A stretch of DNA of 64,000 nucleotides from Chloropicon primus (Eukaryota): contig CP060769.1 of assembly GCA_023205875.1 (NCBI GenBank), positions 310,001 through 374,000 of the forward strand. Direction: 5' to 3'. Position 1 is the stretch's first letter, and each line of letters opens with the position of its first letter. The position numbers and the translations under genes were made by a program. This document shows, one piece after another, positions 47,339 through 58,606 of this stretch. The notes below the pieces were generated by a model, which worked only from the letters and a program-made list of their open reading frames with translations, was not told where the DNA came from and did no database searches.

Positions 47339-47723
47339 ACTTTCAATGTTGGGAATGAATAATGTACAAGTGAACGCACACACGCGCACACGCAATGCAC
47401 TACGATGTAACACACTTTGTATTGTTAGGAGGACTCCTCTTCATCCTCATCCCCAATCCTCCTCCTCCTCGTGTCGGCTCTCCCCCGAAAGGCCAATCGG
47501 TCCTAAAACCATCCTCGTCGATCCTAAACATCCCATCCTGTACCGATCCAAAAGGCACCCTAGTCGCACCTTACTCTGCGCTTTATCCCAAGGGCCTCGC
47601 AATCGCCATCGCTACCCCTTCACCAACGCGCACAATCCCCATCGCTCCTCTCTCACCGTATCTCTCTCACAGCACCGAAGACAAACACAGAACACAGAGG
47701 GCGACGGAATTGTGCAGGTTAAG

Positions 47724-48380
47724 CTCTCATCAGTCCATTCCATTCCATTCCTCCTGAACGTCTCTCCTCCTCCTCCTCCTTCTCCACCTGTAATCGCCAT
47801 CGCCATCGCATCCATCACATCACATCAGATCACATCACATCACCTTATCCTCCCCTCCTCTCCTCTCTCACAGCAGACACACGCAACAGATACAGAGGGA
47901 CGGTCCGTACCTGTCCTTCCTTGTGCAGGTTACGCTCTCATCAGTCCACTCCACTCCTCTCCCATCCTCTCCCATCCCATCCCATTCCTCCTGCAATCGC
48001 ACCACCTCTCCTCCTCCTCCACCCCCTGGCCATCGCCATCGCCATCGCCATCGCCATCGCTCCTCCTCTCATTCATCTCTCACACCAGAAGACAAACAAA
48101 CAACAGACAAAAGACACAGAGGCTCACTCTCATCAGTCCACTCCCATCCCATCCCATCCCATTCCTCCTGCAATCGCACCACCTCTCCTCCTCCTCCACC
48201 CCCTGGCCATCGCCATCGCCATCGCCATCGCTCCTCCTCTCATTCATCTCTCACAGCAGAAGACAAACAAACAACAGACAAAAGACACAGAGGCTCACTC
48301 TCATCAGTCCACTCCCATCCCATCCCATTCCATTCCTCCTGCAATCGCACGACCTCTCCTCCTCCTCCACCCCCTGGCCT
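47724..48380. repeat. Diverging tandem array, 4 copies, periods 211/192/171 bp
   Basis: CTCTCATCAGTCCA..CCATTCCTCCTG at 47724, 47935, 48127 and 48298. Confidence 0.88.
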
Positions 48381-48713
48381 CGCCCCCCTCGCTCGGCTTC
48401 CTTCTCCTCTCATTATTCGGCGGCGTGGGCTCGCGCGCTTGAGAGGCAGAGAGAGAGAGGCAGGCCAGGATGATCCTCGGACGAACGACGACGACGACGA
48501 CGAGCAAGGGGAGGAGGACGAACCTCGGCGGACGACGAGAACACGACACGTGGTGACCCCACCCCCGCCTTCCGCTCGTCTCCTTCCCATTCGAAAAAGG
48601 TATTCCAGTTCCATTCCATTCCTTGGTTCCAAATCCAAACCTCCTCCTGGGTTCGCCCATCCCATCGCGTTCGCAGTATCTCGCCATCGCGTTGGGATCA
48701 TCCACGGTAGAGG

Positions 48714-51700
48714 ATGATGATGATGGGAGGAGGCATGGACCAGCACCAAGAGGTTCTGTTGGCGGTTGAGGTTGTGTCTGATCCTTTGCAGCATCCAGAG
48801 GTGAGGCTGAGAGCGCAGAATGTGATCGACCAGGTCAAGGGGATTGCCTCCGGTTCGTCGGAAGCAACGACGACGACGACGACAGGGCTTGGGATGCCTG
48901 CGGATGATGCCTCCTCCTTGGCGCAAAGTTTGCTCGGTCTGTGCGCTTGCTTGCTCTCGTCGCAGCCGCCGTCCAAAGCTTATCTCGAGAAGAAGCTGTT
49001 CGGAATCAGTTTGCTGCAGCAGCTCGTGACCCAACAGTGGACGGACCTGTCGGAGGAACTGAAGCAGAAGACGACCATGTTCATCGTGGAGTGCTGCAGG
49101 TCCCTGTGCGTCAGTCCGGAGGCGCCGACGTACGCTGTCAAGTCCAAGCTGGCGGTTCTCTTCGCGGATATGGCGAGGTACATGTCAACGGACCCGTCCG
49201 TGATAACTCAGCAGACTCAAACTCAGGGGGAGTTTGACCCCTCAAAGTCTTCGTCGCCGCTTGTCAGCAACAACGCGATCAAGACGAACGTGCTGCCGGA
49301 GATCACGACTTGGCCGGGGACCAGGGGGGTGGAGCTGGCTTGCCTTGTGCTGAGGTGGCTGCCGGAGGGGACCACGGGCACCGTCGTCGAGGCCCTTCCG
49401 GCCAAGAGGAAGAGGCTCCTCCTCAAGGTGCTTCACGCGGCCTTGCCCGAGATGATGGGCTTTGCCTACCAGGCCCTGGAGAAGTACTACCAGGCCCTGT
49501 GCCAGGGCGAGAGCCAGAAGGACTGCAGCCAGGCTCAGGCGGAGGAGTACAAGCACGTGGTCGAGGCGACGCTGGCCATGGCTCTGGCCTACGCGGAGTG
49601 GGCGCCGATCACCCTCCTTCACCAGTCGGGGATTGTCAACGCCTGCGGGATCCTGATGCGCGACAAGCGCTTCAGGGACGCGGCTTGCGACGTCCTGAGG
49701 CAGCAGTCCGCTTGTAAATTAAAACCAATCTTTTCGGAGGACTCCAGAACTCAGGTCGTGCAGCAAGTCAGCAGCGCGGCCACGGTGGAGACCGACATTG
49801 AGAATGCAAAGATGGCCGCCAGGGCCATGTTCGAGGCCTTTTCCGGGCCTTGCGGGGAGTGCCTGGGCCAAGAGTACCTGTCTCTTGGCCTGGAAAACAT
49901 AGAATTCGGGACGCTCTTGTGCGAAACGATGGTCATCTGGGGGAAGAACCACGTCAAGCTGCTCGAAGGGAGCGAGCACTTGAACTTGTATCTGAGGATG
50001 GTCATAGCGTTCATGCAGCACCCGAACATAAACATTGCGCTCATCACGGTCGACTTTTGGATTTTTCTCGTCAGAGAATCCTTGGTGGGAGACACAAGCG
50101 AGGCTGCGGCGAAGAGGCATCTCCTCCGGATTCCCGAGGGATTCCTGAGCGCGTTGCTGGACGTCGTCGTGTCCAGGCTTCAGAAGCCGGTGCTGGAGTC
50201 GCTCGACGACTTCCCAGCCGAGTATTACGACAGCGCCAAGGACTTTCAAGAAAAGTCGGCTCAAATGAGGCAGAGGCTTGTGGGAATCGCGAGGAACATT
50301 GCCAAAAGTGCTCCCGAGGAAGTCTTCCGCGTGTGTTTGGGCAACCTAGAAAAAATATTTGTACAAATACAGCAGAATCCTGACCAGAAAGGGATAGACA
50401 TCGCGCTGGAGGCTGCCACACACTTTTTGTTCGTTGCGACGGGGTCGGCAAACTCCTCTGTGGTGGGCCAGTCCCCCTCGCTAGAAGCTTTGCTTGCAAA
50501 GCTTTTGAACTTTCCCCTGGCTGCAATGGCAAGGCACGCTCCGATCATCATGCAGTTTGTGAAATGCCTGGAGGCCATCGGGGGGCACAGCCACAGAGTC
50601 GTGCCGGTAGTTCAGTGTCTCTTCTCTATCTTGAGGTCGGACGAGGGAGTGGGCAGTGTTTCCGAGGACAAGCATGCGTCAAGGCAGCAGGCCGCCACGA
50701 CGGTTCTGGTCTTGGCTTCAAGAGAAGAAGCCGGCCCTGCTCTTTTCCAGCACATCACAGGTCTGATGGAGCAAACCCAAGAGATGTGGGGGAAGCGCTG
50801 CATCCGTGCTGGAGAGCGCAATGCCTTGTATGAGGCAATCTTGGTAGTCTCGTCCAGCGTCGGTTACGAGCAGCAGCAAAAGACCTTGGAGTGGATCTGG
50901 AGCGAAACGTGCCAGCACTTCAACGCTCCAGGGTGGCAAGAGTCGACCTTGTCAGACGGCTTGTCCCTGCTCAGGAGCGTCGGGATCAAGCAGTGCGCTT
51001 GCGTTGCGAACGATCCTTCCTTTGACTCGGTCAAAGCAGGCAAGGAGCGGCTGGAGATCTATCACGGGATCCAGCTGATAGAGAGGCTAGCGAGGAGATT
51101 GCTCAAGATAAAGAAGACAAAGGGCGGCGAGGCTCTGCTTGCCATTGTGCCGCACTTCAAGTGGACGATTCCAGTTATGGTCAGGCTTTTGCGCTGCCTC
51201 CATTTTTTGGCGTGCCCTGAAGGAAGGAAGCTCTTGGGACCTTGCGAGAGTGTCCTCGAGCTCGGTGAAGTGGAGAGGGCCTTCATACTTGGCATGACGC
51301 CCCATGGCGTGAGTCCAGCGATGTTTGTCTCCGTCACCGCAGGAGGCGCGTACGTCCCAACCTCGTCTTCGAGCATTGGGATGGAGAATGACTCGTTGGA
51401 ATCCCTCAGAGTCTTTGTGAGGGGCATGAGGGACTCGGCGTACCAGTTTCTGGGGACTGTGAGCGAGGTCAAGGTGGAAGATAACAATGTGGCGGCCAGC
51501 ATGGGCTTCAAATCCTTCTTCGATACCATGGGATCGGCTCTGAACGAATTTTATGCCCTGATCATGGAAAACATCGAGTCTCAGGACGAGAAGACCACCA
51601 GGATGCTCATCAGGGGCTTTGTGTGCCCCATGGTGAAGAGCTGCCCCCAGCACTGCTGGAGGCAGTGGCTCGGAACCATTCTGCCGCCCTTCCTCCACCA

Positions 51701-52562
51701 CATGCACACGAGGCTCACGGCCAACTGGCATTCATTCCTGACGGGTCAGAGAATGACAATGAACAGAGGCGCGACTGTACAACAGCAACAATTAGCAAGC
51801 GCTTCTGGGATCTCCACCGAGCATGGCGAAGAGATGCTGAAGGAGACTAGCTTGAGGGAGCTGACCAGAGAGCATCTCTCCTTGATTTTGGTGATCGCCA
51901 CTGGGGACGAAATGGGACACACTTACTTCCACAACAAGAAGAAGGGGAAGTTGGCAAGCCCTCCATCGGCTACAATCTTTCAGTGGCTTGTGGCAGAGTG
52001 CACCCAGGCGGCTTCGTCCTTGCTCGCCACCACCGTGGCCTCCTTGACTTGGCCTGACACGGATACGGGCATGAAAGCGATCAGGGCCTGCAGGATTGCC
52101 CTCGGGCTCACCGAGAAGTCAGCCGGCTCGCTAGGCTCGCTGCAATCCTTCATCGCGAAGGAAATGTTCACCGCCTGCATGTCTTGTCTGACTTTGCCAA
52201 GCCACGCGGACTTCCAGGCCGAGATCCTTCTTGTGCTTCGGGACATCATCACGAAACACTCTCTTTTGGTCTCCCCCGTGCTTCTGTCCCTGCCAAACAT
52301 TGACCAGGGCGTCCTCGACTCTTTCCACCAGGCAATGGCGATGAAGAACTCGGAGAAGGATCAGAGAAATTTGGTGAGGAAGCTCCTTCTGCGCTCGGGC
52401 GGGGCGGAGCTGAAGGCATTGGCAAAACAGCACAGCCCGGGAAGTAAAATCCCCCAGCTGCAGTCAAGCGACTTTGGCTCCAGGTCTAACAAGAACCAAG
52501 CCAGGCCCCTCCTTGACACGGTGTCCACGAGTGAGCAGTCGCCCCTGCAGAACCTTTTTTAG
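48714..52562 (+). CDS. HST: Exportin-5/HASTY-like karyopherin
   Basis: FGISLLQQLVTQQW, VKSKLAVLFADM, LRWLPE, AYAEWAP, SGIVNACG..FRDAACD, SEKDQRNLVRKLL; 1282-aa HEAT-like protein. Confidence 0.7.
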   Translation: MMMMGGGMDQHQEVLLAVEVVSDPLQHPEVRLRAQNVIDQVKGIASGSSEATTTTTTGLGMPADDASSLAQSLLGLCACLLSSQPPSKAYLEKKLFGISLLQQLVTQQWTDLSEELKQKTTMFIVECCRSLCVSPEAPTYAVKSKLAVLFADMARYMSTDPSVITQQTQTQGEFDPSKSSSPLVSNNAIKTNVLPEITTWPGTRGVELACLVLRWLPEGTTGTVVEALPAKRKRLLLKVLHAALPEMMGFAYQALEKYYQALCQGESQKDCSQAQAEEYKHVVEATLAMALAYAEWAPITLLHQSGIVNACGILMRDKRFRDAACDVLRQQSACKLKPIFSEDSRTQVVQQVSSAATVETDIENAKMAARAMFEAFSGPCGECLGQEYLSLGLENIEFGTLLCETMVIWGKNHVKLLEGSEHLNLYLRMVIAFMQHPNINIALITVDFWIFLVRESLVGDTSEAAAKRHLLRIPEGFLSALLDVVVSRLQKPVLESLDDFPAEYYDSAKDFQEKSAQMRQRLVGIARNIAKSAPEEVFRVCLGNLEKIFVQIQQNPDQKGIDIALEAATHFLFVATGSANSSVVGQSPSLEALLAKLLNFPLAAMARHAPIIMQFVKCLEAIGGHSHRVVPVVQCLFSILRSDEGVGSVSEDKHASRQQAATTVLVLASREEAGPALFQHITGLMEQTQEMWGKRCIRAGERNALYEAILVVSSSVGYEQQQKTLEWIWSETCQHFNAPGWQESTLSDGLSLLRSVGIKQCACVANDPSFDSVKAGKERLEIYHGIQLIERLARRLLKIKKTKGGEALLAIVPHFKWTIPVMVRLLRCLHFLACPEGRKLLGPCESVLELGEVERAFILGMTPHGVSPAMFVSVTAGGAYVPTSSSSIGMENDSLESLRVFVRGMRDSAYQFLGTVSEVKVEDNNVAASMGFKSFFDTMGSALNEFYALIMENIESQDEKTTRMLIRGFVCPMVKSCPQHCWRQWLGTILPPFLHHMHTRLTANWHSFLTGQRMTMNRGATVQQQQLASASGISTEHGEEMLKETSLRELTREHLSLILVIATGDEMGHTYFHNKKKGKLASPPSATIFQWLVAECTQAASSLLATTVASLTWPDTDTGMKAIRACRIALGLTEKSAGSLGSLQSFIAKEMFTACMSCLTLPSHADFQAEILLVLRDIITKHSLLVSPVLLSLPNIDQGVLDSFHQAMAMKNSEKDQRNLVRKLLLRSGGAELKALAKQHSPGSKIPQLQSSDFGSRSNKNQARPLLDTVSTSEQSPLQNLF

Positions 52563-52692
52563 ATAATATTATATCAAAACAGTATTGGAATGGCAACTTC
52601 AGCTCGATGTACATCAAGCCTCTCTCTCTCTCTCTCGGGTCTCTCACTCAAACAATAAATTACAATAGTAAGATCGAAACCTCCTTTCTTCT

Positions 52693-53406
52693 CTACACCG
52701 TTCCTGGAACCAGAGCGTAGGCCCTGACCACGAAAAGTCCCACGGGGAGGTCGTTCTCGATGCTGCTGGTCACCACTTTCAGGCCAGCCTTCTGAAACAG
52801 TTGGACCAAGTACGAGTCACTTCTCGTCACGCTACTGTCCTCCTTGTCCAGAACAAAACCTTTCCTCGCGTTGTTCTCCTTGACGACGATCATGCCCCCC
52901 TTCTTGAGACTCTTCGAGCACGTCTTGAGGAATTCCACGCAGTCATCGTCGGTCAGGTGGCCAATGCACCATTGGATCCAGACCACATCGTACCGGTCTG
53001 GACGGACTTCAACCTCCTGCAGACCCTGAAGCAAGCAGTTAACCTTTGCCCCGCAATCGGTCAGGCTCTCCTCGGCCTTGGACAAGAAGTGCTGCACCGG
53101 CTCGATGACGTCAACTTCCGTGAAGAATTTTGACAGGAGGCCTTTGGTGATTCTTCCTACACCCGCGCCGCAGTCCGCTGCCACCAGTTCGACCCCCTCC
53201 TCCCCTTTCCCCTTCAGTTTGTCACCAAACACTTCGAGCAGGAAGCTGTGGAGGTAAAAGCAACTGTCAGTCAAAGCTTGACGCGCATGCCAAGACCGCA
53301 CCCCTTGTCCTCATCGTGCAAGAACAACATGGACCGACCCAGAAGCTGAGGCGCCCCACGAGCTCAGTGTCCTTCCCTCGTCTCCTGCACCACCCCTCCT
53401 GGGGCT

Positions 53407-53465
<59 letters not shown>

Positions 53466-53685
53466 GGAGACAGTGTCCTTACCTTTGGCTGTGCTTCAGG
53501 TCGTTTGGCGATATCGTCCCGAACCCGCCAAGGACACCATCGACACTTGCTTCGATCTTGTCCCAGTAATCAATCCCTTTCTGATACCAGCAACCCTTGT
53601 CGAAGGGAGTGGAGACCTCTTGACGCCACATGTCATCCGCGCTCTTGTACCTCTTCCCTTCCGTGTCCTGACCTTGGCTCTGCAT
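52693..53685 (-). CDS. NTMT1: Alpha-N-terminal protein methyltransferase; exons 53685-53483 and 53245-52693
   Basis: WYQKGIDYW...VDGVLGGFG, DCGAGVGRITK, YDVVWIQWCIGHLTDDD, VKEN, DKEDSSVTRS; GTAAGG..CAG intron containing (CT)n. Confidence 0.92.
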
Positions 53686-53825
53686 GATGCCGCCCAACAA
53701 TCGTAAGGTCTCCACGCGCACCTTCGTTGGGTCCAACTCTCTTCTCCTCTGAACCGCCAAGCCCCTCAACACCACGTAACGCAATGCTCCTCGTTTCAGG
53801 ATCTCCAACACTCGAACACGCGATT

Positions 53826-54073
53826 GCTATCGACCACTCCGGTCCTCAAACCAGTCGAGTAAACGCTCGTTCGAAAGATCGCGAGACGTATCTTCCTTCT
53901 GTGACGCGCCAGAAGTCTCTGCCCTTCGACCTCGCCGCTCACGCTCCCCTCAATGCCGTCCCCTTCCTCTCGCTCCAAAAGGCTCCAAGGATCAACTTCC
54001 CTGCACCTTTTATCGATCACTCCGAGGGCCAAACCAGTCGAGTAAACGCTCGTTCGAAAGCTCGCGAGACGTA
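53826..54073. repeat. Direct duplication of about 60 bp, period 183 bp
   Basis: CAAACCAGTCGAGTAAACGCTCGTTCGAAAG(A/C)TCGCGAGACGTA at 53847 and 54030. Confidence 0.88.
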
Positions 54074-54376
54074 GCTTCGAATGACACCCCTCTCTCGACC
54101 TCTGCACCCTTCGCTTTCGTCGTCTCCGCCCTCTGTTCCTCTCGCTCTCTCGCGCGCGATCGATCGTGGCGAGCGACTCTGGATCAGAGTGAGGAGAGAG
54201 GTGTCGAGCGGCGGGTGGAGCGGCGTCGATTGGCGAGGCCCTGGTCGGCGGTTGAGGGAGTGGAAGGGGAAGGCGTTCGGATCAAGCGAAGATACGTCTC
54301 GCGGGCTTTCGATTGGTACCTTGGTCGAAGGATTGGGTCGTCGGCTTTGTTTGCGACGAGACGGTTGTCTTTCATC

Positions 54377-55869
54377 ATGGCAACGACGACGAGCGTGATC
54401 GACAAGTTCGTCGAGGAGCTCAAGTTCTTGACGAAGAATGACTCGGACAGGATCAGGCTTCTGACCATGATCGCCTTGGAGAACAAGAAACTCGCCAAGA
54501 GCATCGTGGATGCGATTGAGAAGCACGTGAGGGCATGCAGACCCGAGTGCAAGCTCTGGGGTTTGTACTTGCTCGACTCGATAAGTAAAACGTGAGTTTG
54601 GCGGCCAGGTTCACGCCGTTGGGCGTGCTGTGACCCTGCATTGCATCGAGGACATGCCGTGCCTCGTGTTGTGTCTCCCTCCTGCTCTCTCTCCTGCTGC
54701 ATTGATACTGACAACCATGAGTTTGGCTCCTCCTCTGCTCCCCTTGGTTTCGGTGCAGGTCGAACAGCACGTACAACCAGCAGGTGGGCAGGAACCTGCG
54801 TGAAGTGTTCCTGAGTGCTTACGAGGCGGTGGACTCGAAGACCAAGTTGAAGCTGGACAAGCTTCTTCATGTCTGGCAAAAGTACGGTCGGTTCGACGGG
54901 AACCTGTTGAGACAGATAGAGCGAGGGCTCGGGGCGAAGAGGGCTGGACAGCCGCAAGGTGGTGGAGGCCGTGGTGGTATGACTCCGCCTTCTTCCAAGC
55001 ACTTTCCTCACCAGCAGCAGCAGCAGCAGCAGATGGTGAACCCAGAACTGCTGAACAAGTTGAGTAACTTTCTGCCGCAGTTCCTCGAGTCGCAGAGCAA
55101 GGGCAAACAGACCGGCCCGCGGTCGAGTGAGCCGCAGAGGAAGATTCATCAAGTGGCGAGGCCGCCGGCGGGGAGACCGAATCAGGACAGAAAGCAGGGG
55201 CAAGACTTTCGCAACGTTCCCGATCTTGGAACTAGTCTCCTCAGCAGCGACGAGGAGGAGGAGGAGGAGGCCAAAGGCGACAGAGGCGGCAACAGCAACG
55301 GGCCGTCGACGGCGAAGAAGAGGAAGAGGATCGAGGAGAAGCCAGCTGAAGTGGGATTCAGCAGGTCTTACCTCGCGGGGTCTCTTTCCCTGAACCGGCA
55401 CGAGGACGTCATCAACAGCCTTTACTTTGAGCAGACGCACCAATGCATGCAGACGGGCAAGAGGTTCAGGGAGAAGAAGAAGCTGCAGAGGCACATGGAT
55501 GTCCTCTTCTTCAGGAAGAAGCTGGAGAGGGAGTCCGAGCTATCGAGGAAGTGGTACGTGCCCACGTCAGTGTGGGTAGCCAGCGTGCAGGAGGGGGCCG
55601 GGGACGAGGGCAAGGATGAGGAGATGGTCGAAGAGAAGACGGAGGCGGTGCAGCCGGTGGAGGAGGTCAACGTCAGCGTGGTCGCCGATCCGAACGTCAG
55701 CAAGTGCGCCCTGAGCGGAGAGAAATTTGATGTCTTCTACAATGAAGACGACGAGCAGTGGCACTTCCGGAACGCCTTGCGGTTGAAGATGCCGTACCAG
55801 GGCTTGCCGGTGGGCACGATCGTCCTCCGCACGTCCTTGCCCGAGGAACTCCGTTCTTCCATGATGTAA
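54377..55869 (+). CDS. PCF11: PCF11/PCFS4-like polyadenylation factor (CID plus zinc-finger region); exons 54377-54591 and 54759-55869
   Basis: ELKFLTKN...IRLLTMIA, KLWGLYLLDSISK, LY....QC..TG.RF....HMD, SRKWY, CALSGEKF..FY.E....WH; GTGAGT..CAG intron keeps frame. Confidence 0.82.
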
Positions 55870-55961
55870 GCTTGTGCTTGGTCGAACAAGGCATAACTTG
55901 GATTGTGTATTATATTGGGATCATCTTGTTTCCTACTACTCTGGGGTGCTTGGCTCAGCTC

Positions 55962-56771
55962 TCAGAGCAGCTGGTACTCGAGATATATTCTCTTGGTCAA
56001 CTTCTTGTCGCCGAGGGGGAAGGAAGGAGAAGGAGAGCCGCCGAGCTCCGCATCGGCGTACATTGCCCTCTGCATCGGTGCCCTTGGCGGCAAGTCGTCC
56101 CCGCCGCTCTCCTCCATCGGACTGTCAGACATCTTGTGCACCGGGCCGAGGTCCCTCTGCGCTCCTCTGGCGTACATCACAGCTTTCCTGGTCGCGTCCG
56201 ACATGGCCTTGTCAAAGAGCTCCTGCTCCAAGTACGCGTAACGCTCGTCCGAAACGTATGGGCGGAATCCGCTCACCGTGACCTCCACCCCGTTTTGAGA
56301 CTCCTCCAAGGTGGCAGCCTCGCCGATGATCTCGGCCTCGAGCTTGCTCGACGCCGAGACCTTGATCTCGACCGTCGACCTCGCCTCGTACCCAATCGTT
56401 TCGGACTGCCCGTTCGTCCAATTCGTCACCGGCTCGAGCCTGAGGCGAGAGAAGCTGATGTTCTGGAGAGGGACGTCGAGCTGATCGACGAGCTGCTTCA
56501 AAAATTCAGAGGAGACAGAGTCATGTGCTGAGGCCGCCGAGACGGCGGTGGTCTGGTTCTCTCCCCTCGTGGCATCCTTCATCTGCCTGGCTGCCAACTC
56601 GACGGAGACTTCGACCATGTCATAGTCCGTCGTCACGCTCCCATCCCCCTCGATGAAGAGCTTCCCTGGTGGCGGTGGCGGTGGCGATGGACGAACAGGC
56701 TGGGCCATCACCTGGCTGATGGCAACAGCAGCAGCCACGACGAGGAAGACCGTGGGCAAAGCACGAAGCAT
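55962..56771 (-). CDS. SIMPL/DUF541 (BP26/YggE-like) protein with signal peptide
   Basis: IEGDGSV...YD.....V, GYEARSTVEI, AMSDATRKAVMYA....LGPV, C-terminal ..YLEYQL. Confidence 0.8.
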   Translation of the reverse strand: MLRALPTVFLVVAAAVAISQVMAQPVRPSPPPPPPGKLFIEGDGSVTTDYDMVEVSVELAARQMKDATRGENQTTAVSAASAHDSVSSEFLKQLVDQLDVPLQNISFSRLRLEPVTNWTNGQSETIGYEARSTVEIKVSASSKLEAEIIGEAATLEESQNGVEVTVSGFRPYVSDERYAYLEQELFDKAMSDATRKAVMYARGAQRDLGPVHKMSDSPMEESGGDDLPPRAPMQRAMYADAELGGSPSPSFPLGDKKLTKRIYLEYQLL

Positions 56772-57049
56772 GGATCAGGCTTTTCGCAACGCAGGGGGAA
56801 AGGATACGGACCAACAAAGCAAAGCAAATCAAGGCAAAGCAAAGGTTCACCTCTTGCTCTTCGACGGACGCCTCTCTGTAATGATGTGCGGAGCAGAGTC
56901 AACGCTTTTTGAGTTTCCGTTATGTCTCGTCTCCCCAAAACCATTTGCAGCTCATCCCAAGGACAGGACCCTCATCCCAAGGACAAGCGCTGGATCAAGA
57001 CTGCGGGACCGACGCTCTGCAGCCCGTCCTTCGCCTGCCAACCTCTTGC

Positions 57050-58606
57050 TTAAACCATGTAACCTTTCCCCTCCGGAAGCGGACCGACGCTCTGCAGCCC
57101 GTCCTTGGCCTTCTGCAGCGACCGGGCGGCGTGGCGGGTGTTGGAGACGTACCGCAAGGTCTCGCGGATCAGGTCATCGCTCGAAGAAGCGTTCGTCACC
57201 CTCTGCTCGACTAGCATTTTTGTGAGGAGTAGCGCCATATCATCGGCGTCAAAGTCGCCATCTCCGTCCACGTCCAGGCTTTCCCCCCGCGCCTGCTTGC
57301 CCTTGACCTCGCTCACCATCCTGGCAATGTCGTCCTCCGTCAGCGCCACCTCGTCCACGTACCTCAGCACGTTGACCCTCGTCTTCTCCGCCATCTGAAG
57401 CGTCCGGTGGAGGCAGCTGCGAAAGTCATCGCACAAAGCCAAGTACTCACTATGTGTGAAGCTTTGGCGGCTCTGCCGGATCTTGCTGTAGAGCCCAGTG
57501 TACTTGATGTCCGGCTTGGAAAGCATCAGGCTCAGCGCGCGCAGCGCCCGCACAAAGTTCTCGGCCATCTCATCGAAGCCGTCGCGCATGAACGTTACCT
57601 CCTTGTCCAGCAGCAGCTCGGGCGTCGAGAAGGCCTCGTCAAAAGGTAATCGCAAAGCTTGCATGCAGGCAGCGCAGCAGGACAGAGCCGAGATGATGAC
57701 CACGAAGCCGTCCATCTCACCCCTCGGGTTGCGCTTCTCTGGCTCAGAGCTAAACCACCATTCCACCTTGGCGTTCTTGGTCGTCACGATTAGGCCATTG
57801 ATTGCCGACTGCATCTTCAGCAGGTTCTGCATCGAGGGCGGGTTGGCATTGCCGGTGACGAAGTGCGCCGTGCACTTCTCGTACGCATCAGCGAGCTCTG
57901 AGGTGAGCCTGCTGCATTCCTGCCTTACCTTGAGTCGGTCAAAGTTTGGCACAATCAATCGGACCGAAGCGTTGTACATACAACATCCTATAATCACCTG
58001 CACAATCCGCCAGTAAGGGTTCTCGAAGGAGGTGTCCAGGTCGTCCTTATCCCATCCCCAAATAATGACAAGAATGACCGTCAGCTTGAACATGACCATC
58101 ATGTAAGCGTAAGCCTTCTTCTTCGACTTGACGTACTGCCCGAGCGCCAGGCACAGCGCGGTGAGGAACGTAATTAAGACGTCGCGGCCCGTGCCGTTTG
58201 CGGCTGTGGAGGTGATGAGGATGATGAGCCAGCCCGCCACAGCGCCGGAGATGGTGCCGTAGATGCGTAGGATGGTCTTGTTCGCCACGCTCCCGACGCT
58301 CGCCTCCGCCAGGAAGACGTATGTGATAAGCTGGAAGCTCGCTTTCGGCGGCCAGCGGCAGCTTGGCCAGGAGGCCCAGTGGTCCGAGTCCTTCGCACTG
58401 CACTGCCGGTCGTGCGAAATCATGTTTAGCATTCCAACGACGACGCACATGAACAACTGAAGCGCGGTGCGACTCGCGACAGTTGTAGGCACGTGAAGGT
58501 TCTTTGTCATCACCTTCTGCAACTCCAAGATTCTCCGGGAGGCACGAGCGCAATGCCGCCGTCGTCCTTCTGCATCTCCATGATTCTGCTCGATAACTCT
58601 GATCAT
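57050..58606 (-). CDS. ALMT/FUSC-like membrane protein (5' end uncertain)
   Basis: ITYVFL...SVGSVANKTILRIYGTISGA, YAYMMVMFKLT, WRIVQVIIGC, AKVEWW; several TM segments. Confidence 0.72.
   Translation of the reverse strand: MIRVIEQNHGDAEGRRRHCARASRRILELQKVMTKNLHVPTTVASRTALQLFMCVVVGMLNMISHDRQCSAKDSDHWASWPSCRWPPKASFQLITYVFLAEASVGSVANKTILRIYGTISGAVAGWLIILITSTAANGTGRDVLITFLTALCLALGQYVKSKKKAYAYMMVMFKLTVILVIIWGWDKDDLDTSFENPYWRIVQVIIGCCMYNASVRLIVPNFDRLKVRQECSRLTSELADAYEKCTAHFVTGNANPPSMQNLLKMQSAINGLIVTTKNAKVEWWFSSEPEKRNPRGEMDGFVVIISALSCCAACMQALRLPFDEAFSTPELLLDKEVTFMRDGFDEMAENFVRALRALSLMLSKPDIKYTGLYSKIRQSRQSFTHSEYLALCDDFRSCLHRTLQMAEKTRVNVLRYVDEVALTEDDIARMVSEVKGKQARGESLDVDGDGDFDADDMALLLTKMLVEQRVTNASSSDDLIRETLRYVSNTRHAARSLQKAKDGLQSVGPLPEGKGYMV

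Noticed and set aside
47346..48717. Pro/Ser/His-rich ORFs
   Set aside because: Generated by the C-rich tandem array, with no coding-type codon bias
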